Shown here piece after piece: positions 1-10,180 of a DNA stretch of 35,040 nt. The stretch's first letter is position 1. Every line of letters begins with the position of its first letter. The DNA is taken from assembly GCA_032718475.1 (NCBI GenBank), contig JAUCBJ010007370.1, positions 1 to 35,040 on the forward strand. The letters are read 5' to 3'. The stretch is from Nemertoderma westbladi (taxonomy: Eukaryota; Animalia; Xenacoelomorpha). A program made the position numbers and the translations under genes. Under the pieces are notes generated by a model, which was not told the DNA's origin, did no database searches, and saw only the letters and a program-made list of their open reading frames with translations.

Positions 1-994
1 AACCTGCTCCCTATAACCTAACAATTTAACATTGAGGCGGGATATTAATTCGCCAAGGCGAGTTTTGCGTCCAGTTCCCCCCCCCCCCCCCCCCCCCTGT
101 CTCGATAAATAATAATTACATCATCATAAATTCACCCAAATATGCCGACTCTGTTGACTGTTAGCACAGAGCCTGATATTATAATGTTTTCAGTTACTAT
201 CGCCCTCGAATTCAGACCCAGCTACTAGAAATAGGCCGCGCCGTCTAATCTGAATTTCATCAGTATACCGAACTCGTTCGAGACTGAGTGTCGCTATTTA
301 ATAGCTACCTCTCGCCCTGTCACAGACCCAGCTTCTAACTATAAAACTATAATTAGGACGCCTTCATACAGAACACGTTGCCATTTCATAATGACTCTAA
401 ACTGAAGGAAAAGGAAAAGGTGAGAAGTGATTATCTAATAATAACACACAAAATCCGATTATTATACATACTCCTCCTTTTAACAAAGCCGCATTCAAAT
501 AACTCCCTTATTACGTATTAGCCTGTGCTGTATGCCTCAGTGGGTGGTCTTTACTACAACTGAAAGGCCCGACTCAGCTCCAGGTAAGTTAACAATCTGT
601 CAATAATAAAAATGAAAGCGAGCCGACATTTAGTCAGAGCAACCAAATGGATGGCCAAGGAGACGGGCTGTCTGGACTTGACTGAGTCGAGTTAAATCGC
701 TTCGCCAAAACGACCAAGTAGCCCATAGGAATACACTACATTTTTTTGGCGATTTTGGTCATTTTGGCCACCAAAACGACCAAGTTAATGTTTATTGGGA
801 TTGGGACTGTAGTAAATTATTATAATTAATTAAATTAAATTAGTATAAAGTAGTAGTAAACTCATTGTAAACTTACCCTATATTAAACTATTTTAGCCCA
901 CTACCTATATGTTTCATTATTTCACTAATATGTGCAGTTTTAAAACTTTATATTTATAGTAAAATTAAGTGGATAATCAAACTCTTGTTTTATA

Positions 995-1157
995 TAGCAA
1001 CATTAAGTTTCCATAGCAACTAAAACATGCCATACCCAAACCAAAGTTTAAGTTTATCTTTCGGCTTCCGATTGCCACCAAAACTAGGAAATTAGGTTGA
1101 GATCGCGCAAAGTTATTAAAAAACAAAAACGTGTCAAATTTTGTGGAACACCCTGTA
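995..1157 (-). mobile_element. Tc1/mariner-like transposon end (single TIR, partner not seen)
   Basis: Reverse complement of 1130-1157 reads TA-CAGGGTGTTCCACAAAATTTGACAC, a typical Tc1/mariner terminus following a TA target. The inner boundary is approximate. Confidence 0.5.
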
Positions 1158-1238
1158 TATATGTTAGGTGTATCGCTTCCACCAGATTAAAAACTGTCAG
1201 TTGTATTATTTCCAATAAGATTAATGTTGGGTGGGGTG

Positions 1239-1518
1239 GGCCCATGTGAAGTTATACCAGACTTTCTGCCGTTATATTTCACTTTGCAGTTTATCCCCAT
1301 GTGAAGAACCACTAAAACCACAGGTCTCTGAAGGGCTGATTCTAACCAAAACAATAAACGAATTAGTATATGTAGGCCTACAGGTTATAAAACAGAAATA
1401 AGCGCTATAAAACACTTAAGACAAATTTAAAAAAATAAAATATCTTCATACTGTATATAAAATTCCAATAAAAAGTCAACCGAAAAGTGAAATCCTGGTA
1501 TTCTTCACATGATGGGCG
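1239..1518. mobile_element. MITE with GCCCATGTGAAG-type TIRs, copy 1
   Basis: Near-identical reverse complement of 8745-9022. Ends are ggcccatgtgaagttataccag and ctggtattcttcacat(gat)gggcg. Confidence 0.8.
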
Positions 1519-1699
1519 AAAAAGCGAAAATCTGTTAGGCCCTATTCTTCACATTGGCGGTTAGGTGTACACGTACAGTATTATTTCCATAATATTACTG
1601 TTAGGTGTATCATTTCATTTCCATGAATTTGGTGATAGGTGTATTGATTCCATGAGTTCACAGATGTGTATTACCGGTACATTGCCAATGTTAGATACA

Positions 1700-1815
1700 T
1701 TTCATAAAGTTAATAAAGCTGTAGTAGTATCTCGTATCAAGAGGCTGGCAAACTATTTTTCATCGAACACTTTAACATTTTATACAGAATCCCAATCTGT
1801 ATGGTGTTTGTCTGA
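1700..1815 (-). pseudogene. Possible decayed Penelope-like GIY-YIG endonuclease C-terminal relic
   Basis: Minus strand translates DKHHTDWDSV*NVKVFDEK*FASLLIRD, resembling the H-x-(I/F)-D-W-x-x-x-K-I-L...R-x-x-x-E segment of Penelope endonucleases. It is short and interrupted by stops. Confidence 0.25.
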
Positions 1816-1859
1816 TCTGAATTAACATTAGCTCAACCTGTAATTGTTTAATTCATAAT

Positions 1860-2115
1860 GTAAGCGGATTCAATTCCGCCTCACCAAACCCCATAAAGTG
1901 GGAAGTGGCGCCTTTTAGCAATATTGGGGATACGAGGTTAATCCCAATTAACCTCGTATCATACAACCAATAACGGGGACGACAAACCCCCAAAGGGCCA
2001 CACAAAAGGAGGTCAGAGGTTAAACCTCTTGGGAGAGGGAAAGTAACAGTAGCGGGGGGGGAAGCACTCCCACAGAGGTGGAGGCGAGAAGTGGGATAAC
2101 AGCCAATGAGAGCAG
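1860..2115 (-). ncRNA. Candidate structured RNA / unknown dispersed element, copy 1
   Basis: Collinear shared blocks with 11459-11675 (attcaat.ccgc, accccataaagt, agcaatattggg, caattaacc, ccaataa, cacacaa, ggtcag, cactcc). The stems covary between the two copies. Confidence 0.5.
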
Positions 2116-2469
2116 GGGGGGAGATTATCCACTGGACGAAGGCCGTAGTAGTGTACTAATTATATACATATATATTGTCCTGCTACCGGTCGGTTGTTCA
2201 GTTTACTCAGTCATTATCATTAGTGCAGTTAGGTGACATTTTCGTACCGTCACCGCCGTCACCAATTACATATTATATCTTACCGGTACATGACACTGTG
2301 CTATCTGCTATCATACTCATATTAGTTTATCAATAACATCGGAACAACAAACTCTTATCTTTTCCAACTACACGGTGACGCTGACGCGTAACGAAAACTA
2401 ACCGGTCGGGATCCCCTCATCCCGTCACAGTACGAAAATCAGACAACTGCTAGACTGTGACTGCCAGCC

Positions 2470-3405
2470 ACCAAGACCCCGAAATCACCGACCCCGAAAA
2501 CCCCATATTGATAATTTTAGTGAATTGGAATGAAGCCATAGTGTCAATCATTACTGACCGATTAACAGACTACAGACAGTCAGGTTTGAACGGGAGGTTC
2601 AAATTTTAAATGCGTTTTTCTTGAGATTTTGATTTTTGACATTTAGTATTTTTCAAAAGCTATCTCCTCCGCCATTTTTCAACCAAATTTCTAATTTTTT
2701 TTTTAATGGAAGGTATTTGTATGTAGATAATGTGTAAAATACTAAAAAAAAAAAAAAATTTGTATGTAGAATGATACATTTCCAGCACATTTTTAAATTT
2801 CGACTTTTGGCATTGGCTATGTGCACTTTTTTGAAAAAAATCCGTTTTTTTCGGAAAAAAATTTAATTATTTGCATACTTTAAAGAAAAAAATAAAATAA
2901 AAAATTCTGCTCGAATTTTTTATGCAATCGACCCTCCTCTATCCGAAAAATCAAGTTTCAGAAAGTTCTGATCAAAACTGCGGGAGAAGATGCATTTTTA
3001 GTGAAAAACCACATGTTCGCCATGGCCGCTAGCGGGCGCATTAAATTCACAATTTTTCAGGATGTATCCCATCTTTCACGCGTGACATACTTTTTGAACG
3101 CCCCCTTATAGTAATCACTTAATCAGATCATTTTTAAATATCTTCTAATAGGATTCAACGCTCAAGATAACCAATATTGAAAATAGATTAGCTAAAAATG
3201 TAACTTTCAAATTTTTTGAAATTCGTTCACTACTTGAAATTTTGGTGCTACAAAATAGTCACACCAGTTAATTTTTTAGAAATTTTTTTCTGATTCAGAC
3301 TAGTGAAATCTACGTACAAACAAAAAATCATACGTTTTCGTTAAAATTTGCAAATTTCAAAGGTATTTGTAAGACATTTTTTAGCCCGGTACTAATAAGG
3401 TTTAA
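2470..3405. mobile_element. Mosaic of non-autonomous DNA transposon fragments
   Basis: gaccccgaaaaccc motifs at ~2475-2505. Harbinger-like TIR at 3080-3108 (rc TAAGGGGGCGTTCAAAAAGTATGTCACGC). piggyBac-like end at ~3385-3404 (rc TTAA-ACCTTATTAGTACCGGG). Partner TIRs were not found. Confidence 0.4.
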
Positions 3406-4017
3406 GACGATGTATAGCAAGAAATTTGGGGCGTGTACTTGCAATGCAACCAATCGTTAGTATAACATCTGACTCTGGCTCATAACTCTGTTGAGCCGCC
3501 CACGGATGTACATCATCCACGGACAATATTAGTTGTATACTTGTATACAATAATTTCTGCAAACTATGAAACGAATGGTAAAGTCTTCAAGAAATTTAAT
3601 TTAATTTTGAAATAACAGCTGATTAGTTTCAAAAATAAAAGCCCGTGCTCTGGACTTTCGTTTATTGTTTTAATTTCTAATAACGTGCCACCGTAAACTG
3701 CTCCTTTCCCTAAATTGATTATTTAACATTGAGACGAAATATTAATCCCACACCCACACACCCCCTTCTCTCTCGTGCACTGGTGCGCAGATTATTGCTT
3801 TATTGTCTATTTTGTACTATTCTGGTTCAATCCAGAATTTTATCATATACTGTACGTTATAAATTATGACCAGACCATGCCACTCTAAATGCATTCAAGA
3901 GCAAACCTGGGATGATAGACATTACATAATAATTATTGTACAATTATTGTGAAACACACGTTTGCGAAATTCGCGAAAATCGCGTCATTTGCGAATCCTT
4001 CAGTTTCTGTGCCCTAC

Positions 4018-4119
4018 TCAGCGGCATTGGTAAGGACGCTGGTCGATGTGGACCTGTTCGTGTACAATTCGGTTGCTGTTACTTGCGAACACCTTATCAC
4101 AGCTGAATGGCTTCTCATA
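4018..4119 (-). pseudogene. Degenerate C2H2 zinc-finger relic
   Basis: Minus strand translates YEKPFSCDKVFASNSNRIVHEQVHIDQRPYQCR*. It has an EKPF linker, the F-x8-H-x3-H core and the start of a second finger (RPYQC). One Cys of the first pair is missing. Confidence 0.7.
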
Positions 4120-4257
4120 GACCCCTTTCCATAATTGCCTGGGGTTGAATCCTAGAGGGACCGGGTTGGGCGAAGGAGTTATTTATACTTCCGGGTGTTA
4201 CGTCATCATTGGAAGTGAGCATATCTGAATCATCAGGGTATGGTTTTGTGTGGCCGC
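4115..4257 (-). CDS. Putative exon 2 of the PDE-N/zinc-finger locus (low-complexity linker)
   Basis: Acceptor TTACTTTCTCTAG ends at 4258 on the minus strand. The phase-1 frame reads (G)GHTKPYPDDSDMLTSNDDVTPGSINNSFAQPGPSRIQPQAIMERGL* and matches the phase-1 donor at 5338. Confidence 0.45.
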
Positions 4258-4659
4258 CTAGAGAAAGTAATGCAGTGGATTAATAATGGAAAATAATATT
4301 AAAATCAGAATATTACTTATAGATATCCTTGGAAATGTGGCAAACCAACCAGGATCGAGATATCATCAACATATTAATATTAGTGGAGAATATATTCCTT
4401 ACGCATAACAGAACAGTGAAAATCAATCTCCTAGACGAGTTACTAAACTAGTCCGACATTGATGCGCTACTGCTAGATGCGTGCTTAGTTGAGGGAACAA
4501 TAAAAAATTATAGAAAACTCAACACACAATAATAGACAAGAGCTGGAACATAGTAAAGAGTAAACCTGTTCAACTCCGAATCACGTAAAGAAACAACTAC
4601 TAAAGAAATCTACTTGCAAACATCTATCTACAACACAGCTACGATAATTTCTGGTCTGT

Positions 4660-5280
4660 CAGTTTTCGTGTTGTGGTCCCTTTCTGGCACCCATCTCCAG
4701 TGTTTTTCGTACTAAAATTTTCATAAAGTTTTTATAGTTCACTCAAATTAATTTATTTGCGGTATATATATAGCTGTTTTTTTGATGCTGATCACGATTA
4801 TAGAACTCAAATATAACATTCGAACATTTTTGGTAATTTTGAATGTGCCCCCTAGGGCGCGTAAAAAACAAGTAGTAAATATGATAATGAAAAATCACCA
4901 CAAAACTCAAATTAATTGTATGACCATATGGGTTTTTGGGATACTGATCACGAATATGACACTGAAATATATCCTACCTAAAAATGGCCTTGATTAGGCC
5001 ATTTCTGGATGTGTCAATGTGCGGCACGAAAAATAAAAGTAGGCCTACCTCAAATTTCATAAAAACAATTCATTACCAAATCAACCCGATTTTAAGATAT
5101 TATGGGTTTTCTGGGATGTTGATCACGAATATGACACTCATAAATATCTCATTATGCAACCACATTCGATTTTGCTTTGAAATTTTTGCTACTTACACTT
5201 TTCGTTTCAGCGCTATCAGCGACCCCGAAAACCCTTATACCATCAAAATTGTAAGTTTTAAGCCAAGAGCTAAACAATTT
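4660..5280. repeat. Degenerate ~160-175 bp internal repeats of a non-autonomous transposon
   Basis: Motif gggtttt(t/c)(t)gggat.(c/t)tgatcacgaatatgacac recurs at ~4775, ~4930 and ~5104. An inverted version (atcagcgaccccgaaaaccc) is at ~5216-5234. Confidence 0.6.
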
Positions 5281-5338
5281 ATAATTTATTATTGTCTATT
5301 TATATCGAAGAACTCGTTCAAGCCATCGTAAACCTCAC

Positions 5339-5744
5339 CTATGTCGGGTTTATATTCCAGTTGGTCTTCCGTCTTACTGGGTAGGATTACCGGAACATCT
5401 GACTTGTCTGATAGAGGTTGGGTAGAATAATGGTTTAAGTTGGTTGTGGTTAGTACGGGGGTACCGGTACAGGATAAACACCCGCTCAATGGACTCTGTG
5501 GCTGACTGGTCTCTTGGCACCCGGTAGCTGGGACAGTGGCCGGTGTTGTTTGGGTCGTGTTGTGTGACAAAGCCAAGGTGGTGGCGCCATTGTTAGACCC
5601 AGAAGAGAGTAAAGCCTGCAACCACTCAATCATACGGCCAGCCGTGCATTCCCTAACAATATACTCATCCAGAAAACTCGAGTTTCTGTCCAGGAAGTCT
5701 TCGACAATCTTATCATTGACTGATTCACGAATAAACCGTTCCAT
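5339..5744 (-). CDS. Exon encoding a GAF-type cyclic nucleotide phosphodiesterase (PDE5/6/10/11)-like N-terminal helical module plus an S/T/P-rich linker
   Basis: SVNDKIVEDFLDRNSSFLDEYIVRECTAGRMIEWL aligns without gaps to the remembered N-termini of PDE10A ([35 protein letters not shown]) and PDE5A ([29 protein letters not shown]). A donor AG|GTGAGG sits at 5339/5338; unspliced, the ORF stops at 5289. Confidence 0.65.
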
Positions 5745-5845
5745 TGGCCAGGTTCGGGAAGCAAAGAATAATATAATATTAATAGGTTATATAGCTATAA
5801 AAGCTTATATGGCTATAAAATAGGTTAAGTAAAATAGGTTAAGTT

Positions 5846-6305
5846 AACGGCATTAAAAATTGGAACGCTCTGCCTAATGAAATTAAAAACCTAAATAATC
5901 AACATTCTTTTAAATCTGCAGTTAAATCTCATCTCCGTGTGCAATGTAAAAATAGGTACAATAGTCCTACAGTAAGTTATTAGTTTATTAATTATTTACT
6001 ATTTATACTGTAATTACGTTTTATAATAAATTGTTCTGTACATTACATCTTTATCGTTGAGTCGGGCATTGTCACGCTCTCGGTAAAGTTGTATATGTAC
6101 ATAGTGTAATTACGTTTTATATTGGTTTTAGGTTAGCGTAGTGTAATATTGTATTTGTAACCAAGTAACATAAAGGACCCCCTTGGAAATAAGCTGCAAA
6201 GCTTTAGGGGTAATCCTATATGTTATGTTGGACAATACCTTTATACCGGTACATTGTTTGGTGTATTTGTTATTGTTTTTACATAATGTATAAATAAATC
6301 TATCT
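5846..6305 (+). mobile_element. 5'-truncated LINE 3' end (L2/CR1 group)
   Basis: 5849-5983 translates GIKNWNALPNEIKNLNNQHSFKSAVKSHL..., the WN-x-LP...FK ORF2 C-terminal signature. The 3' UTR has a stem-loop gacccccttggaaataagctgcaaagctttagggg and aataaa at ~6293. Confidence 0.75.
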
Positions 6306-8290
6306 AAGTACAGAAGTAAGGTGACTGGCACCAGTAATATGGATTATCATTAATTCTCGCTTTTTGTTTACACATTGCTGGGGCAACAAACCAGTATTAT
6401 CAATTAATTATCCGTATAATCCTGACTTTTAGAGTTAATATACTCCAAACATGAATTTATTCAAGATTGTGAAATATTATGAGCAGTTATGAAGAGTTTT
6501 AGCTAGTAATCGATTTTACTAAAAAACTAGGCCTAGGCCTATATATTTAAAGCGCTGCTCCTGCTACGCAACGTGCAACTGTGATGGAAGTATCTAAACT
6601 TAATCTTCACGATTTGTGCTGATTTTGGAGAGACCTATCGTAACGGATTCCAATTTCACTCCATAGGCCTAATGATTTCCTTATGTTATTTTCTTATCAG
6701 TTTGTGTGGATTTGCCCAATAATCAAGTACCGGTAGCGGTACCGGTAGTACATAGCTTTCGTAAGAATGTGAGTGCAGGAGTGTGAGATGGTAATCGTTA
6801 CCAGTAAGGAGAAGAAATTGCGATCATTAATGTATGCCAAAATAAGAAATTTTCAAAAATCATTGTTGCGTTTCACTGAAGCCTCCGAGAGGCGAACTTT
6901 AGCATTGGAGGCGGACACCACAGCACCAATGGCAGAATGGTTAGAAGATAACCTCTCGTTTTGTCTGTTAGGGGCATTTTGAGTCGAAACTTCAAAGATG
7001 AAAGTCTGAAATAATATGATATGTGGAAACAAAACGACAACGGGAGCGGGTGTTGTTGAGCATCAAATACAATTATGAACTAGGCCTAATTTATTTATTA
7101 TGTTTAATATTTTGTTTATAAATACCGGTACTAAAGTATTGTAGGCCTACAGTCTACCTACAGCAGTACCGGTACAGCAAAACTCTTCTTCGCATGAAAG
7201 TACCTATTCTGCTATTTCACCCACCCTCAGCAAAACAGCAATAAAGCTCGAATAAATGATAAACTAATTAATTATTGTCTGGTTCAAGAATGGAATATAA
7301 TATACGGCAATACGGCTATACTATAATAGTGGTACCTGTCAGCCTGTACCGGTACTATATCCGTATACTGGTATATTTCAGAATTACAGTATTATATCTG
7401 TATATTCTCTGATTCTCGACGACAGACGATAATAATTATAGTAGGCCTATAATAATATCAGAATATAGTATAATATACCGGTACAGTTAATAATACAGTA
7501 AGTTATAATACAGTAATAGCTATATAATCCTGGCATCGCAGCATCGACTAGGCCTTTAGTATCAGTACTTACAGTACTTTACGGGTACATCTTTTGCGTA
7601 GAGGTATAGCCTACATAGAGGCTTCATGTAGGTATGTGTAGCCTACATGTAGATGCACGTGTAGGGTGAATGTAGGTAGGTGTAGTCCCATAGATATTAA
7701 TGTAATTTATGTGTCAACTTGCAGTAACGTGATACACGGTCGTCAATCAGGATGTATGGCAATAATCTCTGATCTCCACGGTACAATACGGTACATCAAC
7801 CTGCAGACCTGTCTGCTGTCAGACAACAGGTTTTACTGCGTATAAATATCAAACATCGCGTTCTGATTATACTAAAGTCCCTTACTCGTCATAAATATTA
7901 TGCCCTAATAAATCGCAATAATTTTTATTGTCAGTTTTTATCCTTTTTTTGTCATTTTTTTTGGGTGCATGTAAAGAGCGGACTGCGGACTACGGACTAC
8001 GGACTGCGGATTGTCAATTAAAAGCCCAAATATGCGCGGTCAATTTGAATTATAGCATTATAATGTAAGAATCCGCTCTTTGTTGTCTGGACAAACGGCG
8101 GACTGAAGCCAGAAAATTGTAACCTGATTGGCTCAATCATTTACATAGGCCCAAAGGGAACTTTCCTGAATCCTCTTATTGGCTTAAATGTTTTCATTGT
8201 GACACAGAGATGGAAACCTATTATTTTGAAAACCTATTATGTAGGCAGTAGGAAGAACTCTTGAACTTTCAATAAAATCTCTCAGGTTAA

Positions 8291-8425
8291 GGCCGGTTCA
8301 CTCTTAAGCATGATTCATTCGTAACTCTACTTTGGATGCAGACTTTGGGACTACTGTAACTGTAGTATGTACTTCTGCTGCCGAAGCAGAGTTATGCTTA
8401 TTGCTTAAAGGTGTGAACCGCGACC
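8291..8425. mobile_element. PIF/Harbinger-like MITE nested in C
   Basis: Imperfect TIRs taa-ggccggttcactcttaagca and tgcttaaaggtgtgaaccgcgacc-tta. A related terminus ggccggttcacac occurs at ~21507. Confidence 0.6.
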
Positions 8426-8744
8426 TTATAAGATATTCCTTGTTTGCTTGTTACTTAAATTAAAAGTTTTTACGTTGGGGTCGTCCAAAAAAAAGGGGGA
8501 GGGGGGGGGGAGGTTGGCTCGTACTGCCACTATTATGTCTCTGTTAGTTGAAACAAAATTGGAACATAATTGAAACATATTAGTCGTACATCAGTACATA
8601 CTAGTAGTGAAACAGTATTTTTCCAAGATTGACCGACTTATTTAGCGTTCAACATTTCCGACGATGACAACGACAGACGGGTCCACCACTTATACCCATA
8701 TGCTAAGGCTCACCTGGACTTACGTTGCTCGCCCCACAGTTAAT

Positions 8745-9022
8745 CGCCCATGTGAAGAATACCAGGATTTCACTTTTCGGTCGACTTTTTATTGGAATTT
8801 TATATATGAAGATTATTTATTTTTTTTAATTTATCTTTATTAAGTGTTTTATATCGCTTATTTCTGTCTTATAACCTGTACATATACTAATTCGTTTATT
8901 GTTTTGGTTAGATTCAGCCCTTCTGTAACCTGTATATTTGGTGAAAACCTGGTATTCTTCACATGGGGGTAACTGCAAAGTGAAATATAACGGCAGAAAG
9001 TCTGGTATACTTCACATGGGCC
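8745..9022. mobile_element. MITE with GCCCATGTGAAG-type TIRs (hAT-like TSD length), nested in C
   Basis: TIRs of ~20 bp: cgcccatgtgaagaataccag and ctggtatacttcacatgggcc. Flanking direct repeat CAGTTAAT(CG) at 8737-8744 and 9023-9030. Confidence 0.8.
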
Positions 9023-9811
9023 CAGTTAATCGTATGTCAGTGTCAGATATGTAGGATATCACAGCCCACACTAAAAAAGCATTAAAAAAAGCACTAGCCG
9101 ATCAGGTGTTCGTGGTTTTCATTTTAAGGCTGTCATAAAAATTTGGACAGAATTAAACTGTTAAATGCCAGTAATTAGATGCGTCCTATTGGATGCTATT
9201 TATAGATCCACACCCCTTTTCTTTGCCCCTGTTCCCCCTTTTCTTACGCTCTCTTACCCCCAGCAGCCCAGCACAGAGAAGATCTTCCCCCAGCTCCTGC
9301 GCTTAGGATGTCCGAATATTTGCTCTTTTATATTTGCGAACAGACAACTGTGACATAAACTCTTAAGGCAGGAAGTATATAAAAATATTTATTGAAATAT
9401 ATAATCTGAAAATCCGTAGAATGTTGATTATATAGTAGGCCCTTAATCAACAGTCCACGTAATTACTGTATAGGATAATTATTTCCTGTATTACAGTGTT
9501 GCACAATGGTAAACATTTAAAACCCAAATGGGATGATTCATTCTTTAAGTTCCCTTTCAGCTTCAGCCTATGTACATGATTGAGCCAATCAGGTTACAAT
9601 TTACCGGCTTCAGTCCGCCATTTGTCCAGACAACAAAGAGCGGATTCTTAGTTTGGAAGTCGATAATTCAAATTGACCGCGCGGATTTTGGCAATCCCCA
9701 GTCCGTAGTCCGCCAGTCCGCAGTCCGCTCTTTACATGCACCCATTTTTTTTTTATTTTTTATGTCATCCAAAAGTCTAATGTTATTCTGTATTTTAGTA
9801 CCGGTACCGGT

Positions 9812-9910
9812 ACTGTAACCTGCTCCTTTCTCTCAATTGGTAATGTTATCGTTTATTGTTTTGGTTAGAAAATCCCGTCTCTGTAACCTGCTCCTTTCCC
9901 TCAATTAGTT
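9812..9910. repeat. Dispersed ~67-75 bp repeat (gtaacctgctcctttccctcaattg...cgtttattgttttggttagaa)
   Basis: About 1.5 tandem units here. Related copies occur at 1-50, 3657-3745, ~12190-12217 (rc), 20081-20240 (rc), 20893-20936 (rc) and 34260-34313 (rc). Confidence 0.7.
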
Positions 9911-10180
9911 AAAAGTTAAATTAGTTAAATTAGTTAAATTAGAAATCAGCAGTCTGACAGTTTGAAGAAATACATACATAAAAAATGACAATAAAAGTCA
10001 TTAAATGGACAACAAAAGTTATTATGCATAATTCGTAAAAAAAAAATGACAAAAAAAGTCAAATAAAATGACATAAAAAATCACTGCCCTAATAAATTGA
10101 GTATGCTAACGCCACGAAAGGCATCGTTCCATTAGATTAACTCGTTCTGATTTATATGTTTATTAAGTAAGAGTAACCTA

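Larger units (their letters stand above)
7963..9743. mobile_element. Mutator-like element C, inserted in the left TIR of B
   Basis: TIRs of ~200 bp (7963-8163 and 9547-9743) start GGGTGCATGTAAAGAGCGGACTGCGGACT. The 9-bp TSD ATTTTTTTT is at 7954-7962 and 9744-9752. Confidence 0.85.
7914..10088. mobile_element. Mutator-like element B, nested in A
   Basis: Imperfect TIRs: cgcaataatttttattgtca...ttttgtcattttt versus rc ggcagtgattttttatgtca...ttttgtcattttt. A 9-bp direct repeat CTAATAAAT lies at 7905-7913 and 10089-10097; it extends to 13 bp, so the ends are slightly ambiguous. Confidence 0.6.

Noticed and set aside
77-97. Long C/G homopolymers (also ~19002-19019, ~21070-21082, 33171-33188)
   Set aside because: Simple repeats with unreliable length; the 19.0-kb run may itself cause an apparent RTE frameshift.
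1860-2150. Structured element as tRNA, tRNA-SINE, hammerhead retrozyme or RNase P/MRP
   Set aside because: There is no cloverleaf, and the B-box-like hairpin lacks the TTCRA 7-nt loop. There is no CUGANGA/GAAA core and no RNase P/MRP CR-I motif.
5289-5744. Calling this a complete PDE10 or PDE5 gene
   Set aside because: Only the ~35-aa N-terminal segment is similar. No GAF or HD catalytic sequence was seen, so no gene symbol is given.
6773-7005. 69-aa plus-strand ORF and a possible minus-strand exon after TTATTTCAG
   Set aside because: No recognisable homology in either direction. It could be a UTR exon but this cannot be supported from sequence alone.
8660-8737. Short similarity (ctt.cgt.gctcgccccaca) between 8718-8738 and the CR1 3' UTR at ~16760-16779
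   Set aside because: Only about 20 bp with mismatches, which is too short to claim a SINE-LINE partnership.
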